From NCBI RefSeq assembly GCF_006345805.1, contig NC_043009.1:59024001-59088000 (forward strand): 64,000 nt of DNA. Reading direction: 5' to 3'. Within the stretch, counting starts at the first letter, position 1; each line of letters begins with the position of its first letter. A program made the position numbers and the translations under genes. This document shows positions 1-13,205 of this stretch, in pieces. The notes beneath the pieces are model-generated. The model searched no databases and had not been told where the DNA came from. It saw only the letters and a list, made by a program, of their open reading frames with translations. This DNA is from Octopus sinensis. Its lineage: Eukaryota.

Positions 1-957
1 TTCTCCACAGAGCCAGAGAGTCCTACACTAGTTTTCATATTGATAGTACGTTTAATAACGGTTTCAATTGTTAGCGCCAAGGCCAGCCGTATTATGTGAG
101 GCGATAAGTTGATTACATCGACCCCAACTATTTGACTGAAATTGATTTTGTTGACCTCGTAAGGATTAAAGTCAACATCGACGGACTTTCAGAACTTGAA
201 TTGGCAATGTAATGAATCGAAAGAAATGATGCAAAGAATTCTTTTTCCGTTGCTCTAATAGTCATCCCAGCTAGCCATCTTAATAGGTTTAATAATTACA
301 GTAAGGTCGGAACAGAATGGCTCGAAGAATATGTCATGTGCCTTCTGTTTACCTTGCTGAATCTACTTCCGGATAACGACTATTTTGTTTTTAATATTTC
401 CTGAAAATCAGTTTATTTGGATACCTCAAAATTACGTTAACAAAGTTTTTGTGTCAAGGGCAATGATTTGCAAACACCATCATTATCCATTTTTGTGGAC
501 GGCAATTTGAAATTAGTTAACAGGTTATAGCCAGAGCCGACAACATTGAAAGCAGTTAACTTCTTAACAACATTCACTTCGTTTATTCTCTTTCCTTATG
601 GACAAGCGACAAATAGCCAAAGTATTTGATCCAGTTTCTAGGTCTCGGACAGTAATACAGGATTCTTCTACAAATTTATACTCAGCCATTGAAGCAATGT
701 TATAAAATACAAGAGTGTACATATGGCTTCTGATCAGTAAATTTTCAATACAGCATAGTGATCGCGGTGATAATCAACTGAGACCAAGATTCTCTAAGTA
801 TATATATATATATATATATTCGGTATTATATATATTATATATAGAGAGAGATAGAGAGAGAGTGATACATATATATATATATAATATATATATATGCATA
901 TATAGAGATAGAGAGATAGATAGTTATACATACATAAACATATATAATATATGTATA

Positions 958-1002
<45 letters not shown>

Positions 1003-1037
1003 TACTTTATTTTAAGCAGCAGAAAATTCAACAAAAT

Positions 1038-1075
1038 CTGTTACTCTGAGTTTCTCGTTGCCGTTCATCAGACAG
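1038..1075 (-). ncRNA. Minimal type I hammerhead ribozyme motif (inverted-arm copy)
   Basis: Minus strand reads CUGU-CUGAUGA-ACGGCAACGA-GAAA-CUCAGAG-UA-ACAG, identical to 2923-2960. Confidence 0.65.
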
Positions 1076-1689
1076 TTTTTGCTAGAATGGAACTTATATA
1101 TTAATTCAATCTATACTCTTACAAACGCTACACACTTTAAAAAGAAATGGACTTGTTTGATTGGCCCTTTAGAAAAAACGGTCAATCGTCGAGCGATAAA
1201 CAAAAAGTCAAAAATATATGTATATATATAAAAAAACTTATAAAAATTATAAAAATTATAAAATCCGAGGAAAAAACCGAAGAAAAAACCTATTGCCGTT
1301 AATGAAGACAGTACAAATTAATGCATAGAAATTAAACCTGTTATAAATACTGCAATACATATTTATATTAAAATCCACATATATATATCAACATACACAA
1401 AGGATGCGCGTAAACGCCATACATACATATACAGACGTATGAATATGAATCTAAATTATACACATAAAAGCATGTGTACATATATTCACGCAAACCGTCT
1501 CGCACGCAAGCTAAAATTCATCTATGTAGCAATTCTCATATACTGAGCAAGGAAGGGGAACGAAAGAAAGGGAAAGAGAGAAAAAGGAACGAAGGAGGGG
1601 TGGGGAAAAAACTTGTAGCGATGTTATTGGCATCTATAGAGGCCAGTATACATACATAAGTTTGAATTGATACATATACATACCAAAAG

Positions 1690-1911
1690 GTGGGGCTTCC
1701 TTTCAACGTGACATGGAGCATTCTGGACAGGGCGGCACCATACAGGCATGGAGCTTACAAATATAATTTCAAGTGCAGGCTTTGCTTATTAGAGAAAATG
1801 CACATCTTATTCAAAGACAATAATTCTTTGAATCAAAGAAGTGAGTTAATGAACTTATGTAGGCACGCGGCTAAATTTAAAATGTCGAATATAAATATAC
1901 CATATGGATAG
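1690..1911 (+). pseudogene. C-terminal fragment of a PLE GIY-YIG endonuclease
   Basis: Translation WSILDRAAPY...CRLCLLEKMHIL...LNQRSELMNLCRH..KF matches the W-x-I / CxLCxxEK / LNxRxE...CRH end of Penelope-type ORFs. It is 5'-truncated at the inversion junction. Confidence 0.85.
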
Positions 1912-2922
1912 AGTATATATTTTGTATTTTGATTTTGATTTTGATTTTGACTCTTGAGCGCTACGACGGATCTATAGCAAAGTCTTATTGTTTCTACATA
2001 TATATTAGGAAAAACCTACAAACTTTGTTTTCATGTTATTGTATTGCATAGGATTACCTTGATTATTTATATTACCTTGATTATTTATAAATGACCCAAA
2101 ATAGGATGTTATATTTTATTTTATATGTCTTTCGTATATATTTTTTATTAATGCACCCATTTTTAAAAGCAATGTTTTTTTAAAAAAGCAATGTTGTCAA
2201 AATTAGAATGTTTATATAAGTATGTGTATAGCAAAGCATATGTATTTGTAAGCATGCGTATCTGTGTATGTGTAAGTGAAAGTATGCTTGTGCTTAAGCA
2301 CGCATACACACGACGGTATGTATATGTATCAATTCAAACTTATTATGTATTGGCCTCTATAGATGCCAATAACATCGCTACAAGTTTTTCCCCACCCCTC
2401 CTTCGTTCCTTTTTCTCTCTTTCCCTTTCTTTCGTTCCCCCTCCTTGCTCAGTATATGAGAATTGCTACATAGATGAATTTTAGCTTGCGTGCGAGACGG
2501 TTTGCGTGAATATATGTACACATGCTTTTATGTGTATAATTTAGATTCATATTCATACGTCTGTATATGTATGTATGGCGTTTACGCGCATCCTTTTGTG
2601 TATGTTGATATATATATGTGGATTTTAATATAAATATGTATTGCAGTATTATAACAGGTTTAATTTCTATGCATTAATTTGTACTGTCTTCATTAACGGC
2701 AATAGGTTTTTTCCTCGTTTTTTCCTCGGATTTTATAATTTTTATAATTTTATATAAGTTTTTTTATATATATATACATATATTTTTGACCTTTTTGTTT
2801 ATCGCTCGAAGATTGACCGTTTTTTCTAAAGGGCCAATCAAACAAGTCCATTTCTTTTTAAAGGTTGTAGCGTTTGTAAGAGTATAGATTGAATTAATAT
2901 ATAAGTTCCATTCTAGCAAAAA

Positions 2923-2960
2923 CTGTCTGATGAACGGCAACGAGAAACTCAGAGTAACAG
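2923..2960 (+). ncRNA. Minimal type I hammerhead ribozyme motif in PLE 3' repeat
   Basis: Stem I CUGU/ACAG; CUGAUGA 2927-2933; stem II CG-GCAA-CG; GAAA 2944-2947; near-palindromic stem III ACUC-A-GAGU; GUA triplet 2954-2956. Confidence 0.7.
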
Positions 2961-3080
2961 ATTTTGTTGAATTTTCTGCTGCTTAAAATAAAGCATATTA
3001 CTCTACCACTGGTATTTGAGTACTCTTTTTACCACCTTGTTCACATTTATGTGTTTACTCCGTATATATATATATATATA

Positions 3081-3155
<75 letters not shown>

Positions 3156-3443
3156 GTATGCATATATACACACACATGCATACATGGGTACAGGACGTCA
3201 ACAACAGTAAACAACATGAAACATGAAAGCAAATGAGTTCAATACGCAGACTACGAGAGAAACAAATGTAAAACAGGACAAGTAACATAAAGAACGATCT
3301 TTCATAAGTTGTCAACTGTCTATCTACACCCCATTTCGAGCATCGAACGGCTATGTGAGTTTTCGAAGATAGTACCAAAATAAAATTGGGATTTATTGAG
3401 GGTCAAAGATGGGAACATGTATATGTATAGAAATATACATACG

Positions 3444-3481
<38 letters not shown>

Positions 3482-3602
3482 CAAAGATTATTGATACGTA
3501 CATACATATCTTCATTCATTTATACATACATCCTATCTATATATACAGATATACATATATACATAATATATATAATATATATAAATATATAATACATTAC
3601 AT

Positions 3603-3644
<42 letters not shown>

Positions 3645-3849
3645 CGAGGGCTTGAGCAAGTGAAACAATGCAGTATTGAACAAATTTAGTTAGAATTATA
3701 TTTATTTAAAAGCAAATTATCTCAGCTGGACAAATATCAATTTTTACCCCAAGGAAGAAGCCGGTCTCTTAGAAAGAAACAAATTCTCCATTCTGGAATT
3801 GGAATAACAACACTGATAAATGCTACAATTTGAACTTTGAAAATGGCTT

Positions 3850-4440
3850 TCACATTGCTATGTTTTTGCTTTCATATTGTATCGTAAAGTATGTTTTAGC
3901 TGGCTTCTTCGCTTGCTGGTCTAGATTGTCACTTAAGCATTTATAAAAACACCTTAGGGTAATAATAATTTTTACTGCAATTATTGACTTTATAATTAAT
4001 ATAAAGTGGCCACGTGTATTGATGCAGCTGTCCACTATTATTTTGCTCGCTGGTTTTCACATGTTTTGAATGGTCAATCGCTATGGGTATACGCAGTTGT
4101 CTTTTTTTTTTATCATATCAGGCTTGCTATGTTTGAACTTGGTAGATACATTGATGAAAATGTTCCATTAATATTCCTTGTGTGGATATATAACCTGTAT
4201 TCGATAACAGATGTGGTTCATATCTATCCCAGAGCAGTCGTCTTGTTGCATTGCATATTGGTAAAAAAGTAACATCGTATCACAAAAGCAGGAAGGACAT
4301 CGATGATAATTATTGATAGATGCTGAATGCCTGCTTAATATCATCTACAGCAGAATATCATAATTGAAAATTACGGTTGCATCTAGGGAGTTTAACGGCT
4401 TTACCATAACTTTTGTTCGTTTGATATTTCATAGGAATCT
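3850..4440 (-). pseudogene. Heavily decayed R4/Dong-like non-LTR retrotransposon endonuclease fragment
   Basis: One minus frame gives EY*WNIFINVSTKFKHSKPDMIKKK, resembling the WWD..I.T..K.KHN.PD restriction-like endonuclease motif. Many stops and frameshifts. Confidence 0.4.
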
Positions 4441-4465
4441 CTTGCTTTTGGACAGCAAAAGCTGA

Positions 4466-4840
4466 GGCGCAATGGCCCAATGATTAGGGCAGCGGACTCG
4501 CGGTCGGAGGATCGCGGTTTCGATTCCCAGTTGTGTGTGTTTATTGAGCGAAAACACCTAAAAGCTCCACGAGGCTCCGGCAGGGATTGGTAGCGACACC
4601 TGTTGTACTCTTTCGCTCCAACTTTCTCTCACTCTTTCTTCATGTTTCTTGTCCCCGACTTCCTACACAACCGCTGAGCCTGGATTTGCATTCATCCATC
4701 CGTCGATGCTCTCAGTGTTGGGGGTTGACCTGCCTTCTCTCCTGCGGGTCTTACGAATAGCAAAGGACCACGTTTCGGACTTCTCCCACTACAGGTTGGG
4801 ACGAAGACCGCTTCGATCAACAGCAACAGCAAAAGCAATA
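4466..4840 (+). mobile_element. tRNA-headed SINE family B (tail type 1)
   Basis: Head ggcgcaatggcccaatgattagggcagcggactcgcggtc with B-box-like ggtttcgattccc; head and core shared with 16501, 20057 and 24362; ends in CAA/CAG repeats. Confidence 0.85.
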
Positions 4841-5296
4841 ACTTTATCCTCGAGAAGTGACATGATATAATGATCACAAATCCAAAAGAGGCCAGTTCAC
4901 ATTCCGCCACGGTCGATATTGTCTTTTATCCTTTCGGGGTCAATAGAATATCTACCAGTGAAGCACTGGCGTCGATGTAATCGACTTACTCCATGGCCAA
5001 AAATTGTTGGCCTTGTGTCAAAATTTGAAAGCATACATAATTATTTTGTGGAATGTATACATATTAGTTGAAGTATGCTTGTTCTGCGTTCACGTGACAT
5101 TGGAAGGAACATACTTCGTGAGGAGTTCTTTGACGACCCGTAACATGTTATTCATTTCACTTGCTACCTCAGTTAATATATTTACGTCTGCCACCGTCAC
5201 TTAGCAAGTGTCGTATGAGGGATAGCATACACCCCTCAAAGGCTGTCTTATCTTCTCTTATATCCTTCCCTCCTTTTTCTTTTCTTTTACTGTGAA

Positions 5297-5691
5297 CTAG
5301 CAGTATCGCCCGGCGTTGCTCGGGTGTGTAATGGAAATAACTATATAAGCATTATTAGAGAGTTATAGCCCAAAAATAGCAAAAAAATGCATTAAAAATG
5401 GAAAAAAATTATGGTAAATTTTTTTTAAAATCGTTAACTCATCGTAGACATTTTTAGAGAGTTACTTCCCTTATATAATAGCGAAAAAATGCATTAAAAT
5501 AGAAAAAAATGATGGTATTTTTTTTAAAATCGTAGACTCATCGTAGACGCGCGCTAATACCCACAAGGGCTCGATATGAATCCCGACTATAAGATACCCG
5601 GTTTTGGTTAAACTGCACCGCAAAATGTGGCAGTAGTTAGGAATCTAAATCGTAGGAGACAGACACACAACCTTACTTTTATATATAAAGA
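5297..5691 (-). mobile_element. Non-autonomous Helitron
   Basis: Minus strand starts TC(TTTATATAT) and ends with a cccg...cggg hairpin followed by CTAG; sits between A and T; near-identical copy at 35517. Confidence 0.8.
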
Positions 5692-6313
5692 TATCCTATT
5701 TTCTGTATTAGTTTATGGGTGATGTCAAGATCTTAGGTATTCTAATGTTGACTGAGCAGATTTGTTCTGAATATTTACTGCAACTACTGCACTTCCGGTT
5801 CTTCTTTTGTTGTATGAGGAAAGAAAAGCCTGTTATAACAATTTTAGTTTCGTATAATATTCATTGATTACTCTGTTTTGTCCAGAGAACTTTTCTAAGA
5901 TAATTTTCAACAACAGCTTGACAGATGTAACAAATGTTGTGCAGAATAGGAGAGGAAGAAAAACTATAGATGTTACGTTCGGGGGTTTGAATGAGAATTT
6001 GCGTGTTTAATTGTCAAATTTGAGCATTGATTTCTGACCAAATTCTGTCCCTAAATCAGCAGATAAATTTGTTACCAATCCAGGCGTGTGTTGACATTGT
6101 AAATACCTCAAGCTGACTACATTAGTGTCTTTTATAGTTGTAGACATTGGATGGACATAATCTGTGGAGTTTTGTAAAAAGTTTTCACAATGGATTTAAG
6201 AACAGAATAAAGCAAAGCACAAACTTTTCCGTTGCAATATTCCTTTCGCGAAAAATATTTATCAGACGGAAAACAACTATCTGTTCTCAGTTAATTATGT
6301 AAATATTGTAAAG

Positions 6314-6712
6314 TAGCGAGCTGGCAGAATCATTAGCACGCCGGGCGAAATGCTTAGAGGTATTTGGTCTGTATTTACGTTCTGAGATCAGATTCCGCCG
6401 AGGTCGACTTTGTCTTTCATCCTTTCGGGGTCGATAGATTAAGTACCAGTTACGCACTGGGGTCGATGTAATCGACTTAATACCTATGTCTGTCCTTGTT
6501 TGTCCCCACTGTGTTTAGCCACTTGTGGGTAATAAAGAAATAGGTATTTGGTCTGTCTTTACGTTCTGAGATCAAATTCCGCCGAGGTCGACTTTGCCTT
6601 TCATCCTTTCGGGGTCGGTAAATTAAGCACCAATTCCATACTGGGGTCGATCTATTCGACTGCCCCACTCCCTCCAAAATTTCGGGCCTTGTGCCTAGTA
6701 GAAAAGAATTAT
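6314..6712 (+). mobile_element. tRNA-headed SINE family A, dimeric form
   Basis: Head gcgagctggcagaatc; core gccgaggtcgactttgcctttcatcctttcggggtcg present twice; same architecture at 34145. Confidence 0.9.
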
Positions 6713-7295
6713 GTAAATATTGCGGGCCAGGTTATTATGGCCTATAATATTTTAATGACAGCAAATAAGGCAACAAGTACTGCTGCTAACTGAAGTGACA
6801 TCCGAATCCAAGAGCTGGGAATAAAATTGAATGTTTTCTTCTAACCGATCCTCACATCCACCAGATTTTTATCGTGTCAGATTATTCCATACAACACAGC
6901 TTACTTATTAAAAGTTGGTCGGCACACAGTTTCATTTAATATTTATATGTAGGTAAGTATACGTACATAAATTTGGACTTACACGCACAGAACACACAAA
7001 CACACACTCATTTTTTCTCATTCTCTCTCCCTCCCTCTCTCTCTCTCTCTCTCTGTCACATACACACGCTCATACATATGCACACCCATTCACACATACA
7101 TACACGCATACAGACACGCGCACGGGCATATTATTTAACGAGTTTTATACCTCACAACTGTACGGTTCAGATGATATATTTCTATTCAAAGGTATTGAGT
7201 ACTTAATAGAGTCATACACGGATCAATATCTTCAAGGTGCAGATCGCATCAACGTGAAACACGAATCGCAAGATAAACATTCATTTTAATTAAAC

Positions 7296-7380
<85 letters not shown>

Positions 7381-7602
7381 TATATATATATATATATATG
7401 TATATTACATATATATACATATATATATATATATACATACATATATATATATATAATATAAATAATACTATATACATGCATATATACACATACATATATA
7501 CATATATACATATATATATTTATATATATATATATTTATATATATGTATATATATGTCTATATATGTATATATATATGTATATATATATGCATATATACA
7601 TG

Positions 7603-7650
<48 letters not shown>

Positions 7651-7831
7651 GTGTGTGTATATATGTATGTATGTTTGTATGTATATGGATATATATAACA
7701 AACACATGTATGTATAACTATAAGCGTAACGGATACATACATACATATATATATATATGTATATTATATATATATATTTACATACATATATACATATGTG
7801 TGTATATATATGTATATAAATTGATATATCT

Positions 7832-7862
<31 letters not shown>

Positions 7863-7875
7863 TTTATGTATATAT

Positions 7876-7914
<39 letters not shown>

Positions 7915-8484
7915 AGGTGGTGCTATTAAGTTAGACATGGCCTGGGCCAATAATGGCCGAAACCTATCAAAGTATCAAAGTATCAAAGTATATATATATA
8001 TATATACTCACACACACACACACATATTCATATATGCACAGACATGCGTGCATGCGTGCATGTGCGGCAAGGTGGCTGGCCGATCCACACCATATTATCG
8101 GTGTAAGTCAATTTATCTGTTTTTCCTCTAGTCAAACCATTTTCGAAACTGGAATTGTTTGGCAAAGATACAATTTCGGTATGAACGTCATCATGTGTCT
8201 TAATGGAAAATTTTATATTTATTCCTCACAGAAAGCGAGAAGGTGTCGGCCAGCGTCGGCGGCGGCGACGACCTCAACGGCAACGGTGATGGTGGTGGTG
8301 GTGGTGGTGATGTAGGTGCTCTTCGTGGGCTCTTTTGAACCTTATGAATATATGATTTTTCCCTGGGTTCCCTGGTGGTGGTGGTGGTGGTGGAAATATA
8401 AACTCCTAGATTGATGCGTGATTACAGGAATTTTTCTTTTGTAATTTTTGAAATTGTCGATGTTGTTATTGTTGTTGTTGCTGC

Positions 8485-8516
<32 letters not shown>

Positions 8517-8993
8517 TTGTTGTTGTTGTTGTTGATAGTTTGTTCGTTCATTTCTTTGTCTGGAGGTGTTGGTGGTGGCGGTGCTGCTGTTATTGTTGTT
8601 GTTCTTGTTGCTATTGTTGTTGTTAGCGGTGGTGGTGGAGGTTGGGCGGAGGAGGGGGGTCAATGTTTAATTAAGCCGTATCTTTTCGAAAACAGTCATG
8701 GCAAAGTTATTAAAAATGTAAACTGTTGAGAAATCATTATAGTTATTGATTTTTATTGTTGTTGTTTGTGTTGTTGTTGTTGTTGTTGTTGTTGTTTTTG
8801 TTGTTGATTCAAGAAATATGAGAAAATATAAGGAAAATGGTTATTAATATTATTATTTTTTTTTTGTTTTACTTATATGTTTACATTCGTTTCATACAAT
8901 TATTATATTTATTTTCATTTTACCACCATATCTTCTTCTTCTTCTTCTTCTTCTTCTTCTTCTTCTTCTTCTTCTTCTTCTCCTACACTTTTC

Positions 8994-9037
<44 letters not shown>

Positions 9038-9131
9038 GCTACATCTAGTTTTGATTTTCTGCTCCTCCCCTTCCTCCTACTCCCGCTTTTTATTATTATC
9101 ATTGTTATTTTCATTCTTTTTATTATTATTA

Positions 9132-9204
<73 letters not shown>

Positions 9205-9367
9205 CATTATTATTATATTTATTATCATTTATAATTATTATTATTGTTGTTGTTGTTGTTGTATTTGTTGTTATTATTATTTTTAGAAAATCATTACTTT
9301 GAATATTAGAAATCATTACTTTTTTTCTAATTATAAATATTCTAAATGTGTAACTGTTTATCATAAA

Positions 9368-9460
9368 CTCATCATCATCCATCATCATCATCATCATTCA
9401 TCATCATCATCATCATCGTCTTCATCATCATCATCACATCCATCATCATCAATCATCAAG

Positions 9461-9493
<33 letters not shown>

Positions 9494-9529
9494 ATCATCA
9501 TCATCATCAAGCACATCATCCATCATCAT

Positions 9530-9577
<48 letters not shown>

Positions 9578-9626
9578 AATCATCATCATCATAATCATCA
9601 TCATCATCATCATCATCATAATCATT

Positions 9627-9708
<82 letters not shown>

Positions 9709-9755
9709 GCATCATCCATCATCATCATCATAATCATCATCATCATCATCATATC

Positions 9756-9832
<77 letters not shown>

Positions 9833-9924
9833 AATTAATCATCATCACATATCATCATCATCATCATCATCATCATCATAATCATCATCATCATAATCAT
9901 CATCATCATCATCATCATAATCTT

Positions 9925-9959
<35 letters not shown>

Positions 9960-10177
9960 AATCATCATCATCATCATCATCATCATATCATCATAATCAT
10001 CATCATCATCATATCATCATCATAATCATCATCATCATCAATCATCATCCATCATCATCATCATCATCATCATATCATCATCATCATCATCATCATCATC
10101 ACATCATATCATAATCATCATCATCATCATATCATCATCATCTCATCATCATCTAATCATCATCATCATCATCATAT

Positions 10178-10252
<75 letters not shown>

Positions 10253-10275
10253 ATCATCATCATCATCGTCATCAT
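9368..10275. repeat. ~900-bp (CAT)n microsatellite with adjacent (TCT)n, (TAC)n and (TAT)n tracts upstream
   Basis: Directly visible; source of the poly-His, poly-Met and poly-Asp ORFs. Confidence 0.97.
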
Positions 10276-11056
10276 CATCATTCTCGTCGTCGTCGACTTT
10301 ACCATTATCATTACCATTGTCACAATGTTTTTCAATAAATGTTATGCGTGTTTCCACAGCACCACCAGGTGCACATCCGTGTCCCTGAGGTGCACATGGC
10401 ATTGCCTGTTTAGAAATTTAGAATCGTATTTGCATACTACATCAACTGTGTTGTGTTGTGGAAGTTTATTTCTCTTCTTTTTTACCACCACCGCCACCAC
10501 TCTATTTTTTTTTTTTAGTGCTTTTTGTCTTTGCTGTAGAATACGTGATAAGTGAATCGTGCATATTATGTTGTTTGTGTTTCGCTGATTCTCCGTGATT
10601 TCTGTTTTTTTCTGTTTTAGGGTCGGAAGAGGAGTCGGTGGAGTATGTGGGCTGTGACCTGTGTTATATTAATGGCTGGTAACAGAATACAAGGCGAATT
10701 GTATGAGTGAATTGGTTTTATTGTGATGGGTATTAACTATGTAAGGGTATCTAGTGGATAATTATATTGCTTTAAAATTTTGGCAGAAAATTAGTAATTT
10801 CGGAGTGGGTTCTAAGTCGAATTCAGCGACACCGGTGTTCAACGGGTACTTGTTTTATCGGCCGTGAAATGATAAAAAGCAAAATCAACCAAGGCAGAAT
10901 TTGATTTTAGACTGTAAAGGCAGATGAAATACCGATAAGCACATTGCCCGGAGTTCTAACGATTTACAATCTGTGTGTGATTATATTGTTTTCAAATTTT
11001 GGGACAAGGGCAACGATTTCGAGATGGCGTTAAAGTGATTATACCGACCTTTCTTA

Positions 11057-11285
11057 TTTCTTTATTGCCCACAAGGGGCTAAACATAGAAGGAACAAACA
11101 AGGACAGGCAAAGGGATTAAGTCGATTAAATCGACCCCAGTGCGTAACTGGTCCTTAATTTATCGACCCCGAAATGATGAAAGACAAAGTCGACCTCGGC
11201 GGAGTTTGAACTCAGAACGTAAAGACAGACGAAATACCGCTAAGCATTTTGCCCAGCGTCCTAACGACTCTCCCAGCCCCCCGAC
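11057..11285 (-). mobile_element. SINE family A
   Basis: Reverse complement of the family A core and tail (gtcgacctcggcgga...gaactcagaacg). Confidence 0.88.
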
Positions 11286-11300
11286 CCTTTAGGAATGGAT

Positions 11301-11619
11301 ATATTCTTTTCTACTCTAGGCACAAGACCCGAAATATTTGAGGAGGGAGCCAGTCGATTAGATCGACCTCAAGATGCAACTGAACGTAGCGGCAGACGAA
11401 ATACCTATTTCTTTACTACCCACAAGGGGCTAAACACCGAGAGAACAAACAAGGACAGACAAACGGATTAAGTCGATTATATCGACCCCAGTGCGTAACT
11501 GGTATTTAATTTATCGACCCCGAAAGGATGAAAGGCAAAGTCGACCTCGGCGGAATTTGAACTGAGAACGTATCGGCAGACGAAATACCGCTAACCATTT
11601 CGCCCGGCGTGCTAACGAT
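11301..11619 (-). mobile_element. SINE family A, dimeric form with internal deletion
   Basis: Contains the dimer junction (reverse complement of aaagaaataggtatttcgtctg) and the second-monomer tail. Confidence 0.85.
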
Positions 11620-11896
11620 GATTAAATATAAAACTGAATGCTCTTCCTTGTCTGTCGTTATGTCGATGCGCCGGCGCCCGTGATTTTGCCAGGGATTATC
11701 CCCAGACTTGCAAGGAATGGAGGAGCTGGAGAAATAAGTGGGCAGTTGTTTTATTGCGCTTGTTGCATAGAGAGAACATTAAGTTAGTAGCTTTTTCTGC
11801 TGTTGTATTTTTGTGGTTGTCTACGGCTAACTATAGAATCGAGTTTTCAAAATTTAGTTTAGATTTTGAACGCAAGTTATGGCCTCCACTCTCATA

Positions 11897-12059
11897 GGCG
11901 CATGAGTGGCTATGTGGTAAGTAGCTTGCTTACCAGCCACATGGTTCCGGGTTCAGTCCCACTGCGTGGCGCCTTGGGCAAGTGTCTTCTACTATAGCCT
12001 CGGGCCAACCAAAGCCTTGTGAGTGGATTTGGTAGAAGGAAACTGAAAGAAGCTCGTCG

Positions 12060-12092
<33 letters not shown>

Positions 12093-12317
12093 GTATGTGT
12101 GTGCATATGTTTGTGTGTTTGTGTTTGTCCCCACAACATCGCTTGACAACCGATGCTGGTGTGTTTACGTCCCCGTAACTTAGCGGTTCTGGAAAAGAAA
12201 GCGAGAGAATAAGTACTAAGCTTACAAAGAATAAGTCCCGGGGTCGATGTGCTCGACAAAAGGCGGTGCTCCAGCATGGCCGCAGTCAAATGACTGAAAC
12301 AAGTAAAAGAGTAAAAG
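11897..12317 (+). mobile_element. tRNA-headed SINE family C (CORE-like segment, internal TA/TG microsatellite)
   Basis: Head gagtggctatgtggtaag, B-box-like gggttcagtccc, ccttgggcaagtgtcttc resembling the CORE domain, and (GTAAAAGA)n tail. Confidence 0.9.
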
Positions 12318-12797
12318 TGTATATGCTTTCTCCCTAACGATCATTACGTGATGTTAGAATGACCCCCCCCCTTTATTTTATTTATCCGGGTTTTTACAAT
12401 TCCACTCTGATTTAGTCATTTGTTATTTTAACATTAGTGTTACTTTATCCTTATCTAAATCTTTTTCTGCGGTGTAGTTAGTTTACACTTTGTATGTTAT
12501 TGTTTCCTTATATACAATAAACATAAAAATTTTGTTTTCTTCACGTTTCCTTAGAATTCAGTTCCCCTTGCTTCCAAGAAATTGTCTAATGCCACAGATA
12601 TTGCATTGTAGTAGAGTTCTCTTTCTATGCGGCTCCACCCTTCCTGTTTGCGGACCGTTGAATTTATCTATATCAATTTAAAGTAGTGTTTTCGAAATAC
12701 GCCTAGCGCCTCCTTGCTTTTTTTTTCTACTCCCCCCCCCTCCCAACCCTGAGCTCTTTAACTCACTTAACTTCCTCTTTTTCAAAGTTGAAACTGT

Positions 12798-13205
12798 ACT
12801 CTTTTACTCTTTTAATTGTTTCAGTCATTTGAGTGTGGCCATGCCGGAGCACCGCCTTTAGTCGAGCAAATCGACCCCAGGATTTATTCTTTGTAAGCCT
12901 AGTACTTATTCTATCGGTCTCTTGCCGAACCGCTAAGTTACGGGGACGTAAACACACCAGCATCGGTTGTCAAGCGATGTTGGGGGGACAAACACAGACA
13001 CACAAACATACACACACACATATATGTATATATACATATATACGACGGGCTTCTTTCAGTTTCCGTCTACTAAATCCACTTACAAATCTTCGGTCGGCCC
13101 GAGGCTATAGTAGAAGACACTTGCCCAAAATGCCACGCAGTGAGACTGAACCCGGAACCATGTGGTTGGTGAGCAAGCCACTTACCACACAGCCACTTCT
13201 ACATC
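12798..13205 (-). mobile_element. SINE family C
   Basis: Full-length reverse-complement match to 11897-12317. Confidence 0.9.

Larger units (their letters stand above)
1005..3062 (+). mobile_element. 5'-truncated Penelope-like element (PLE) preceded by an inverted copy of its own 3' region
   Basis: 1005-1684 is the near-identical reverse complement of 2315-2993. The spacer encodes a PLE-type C-terminus, and each arm carries an HHR motif. (TA)n lies on both outer flanks. Confidence 0.85.

Noticed and set aside
715-996. Numerous YI/IY/CV/HT-repeat ORFs throughout the window
   Set aside because: (TA)n, (TG)n and (TACA)n tracts lack stop codons in some frames; they are not genes.
3642-3800. tacgaggg mariner-like terminus (also caggtggtgc at ~7914)
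   Set aside because: No matching second terminus and no readable transposase motif.
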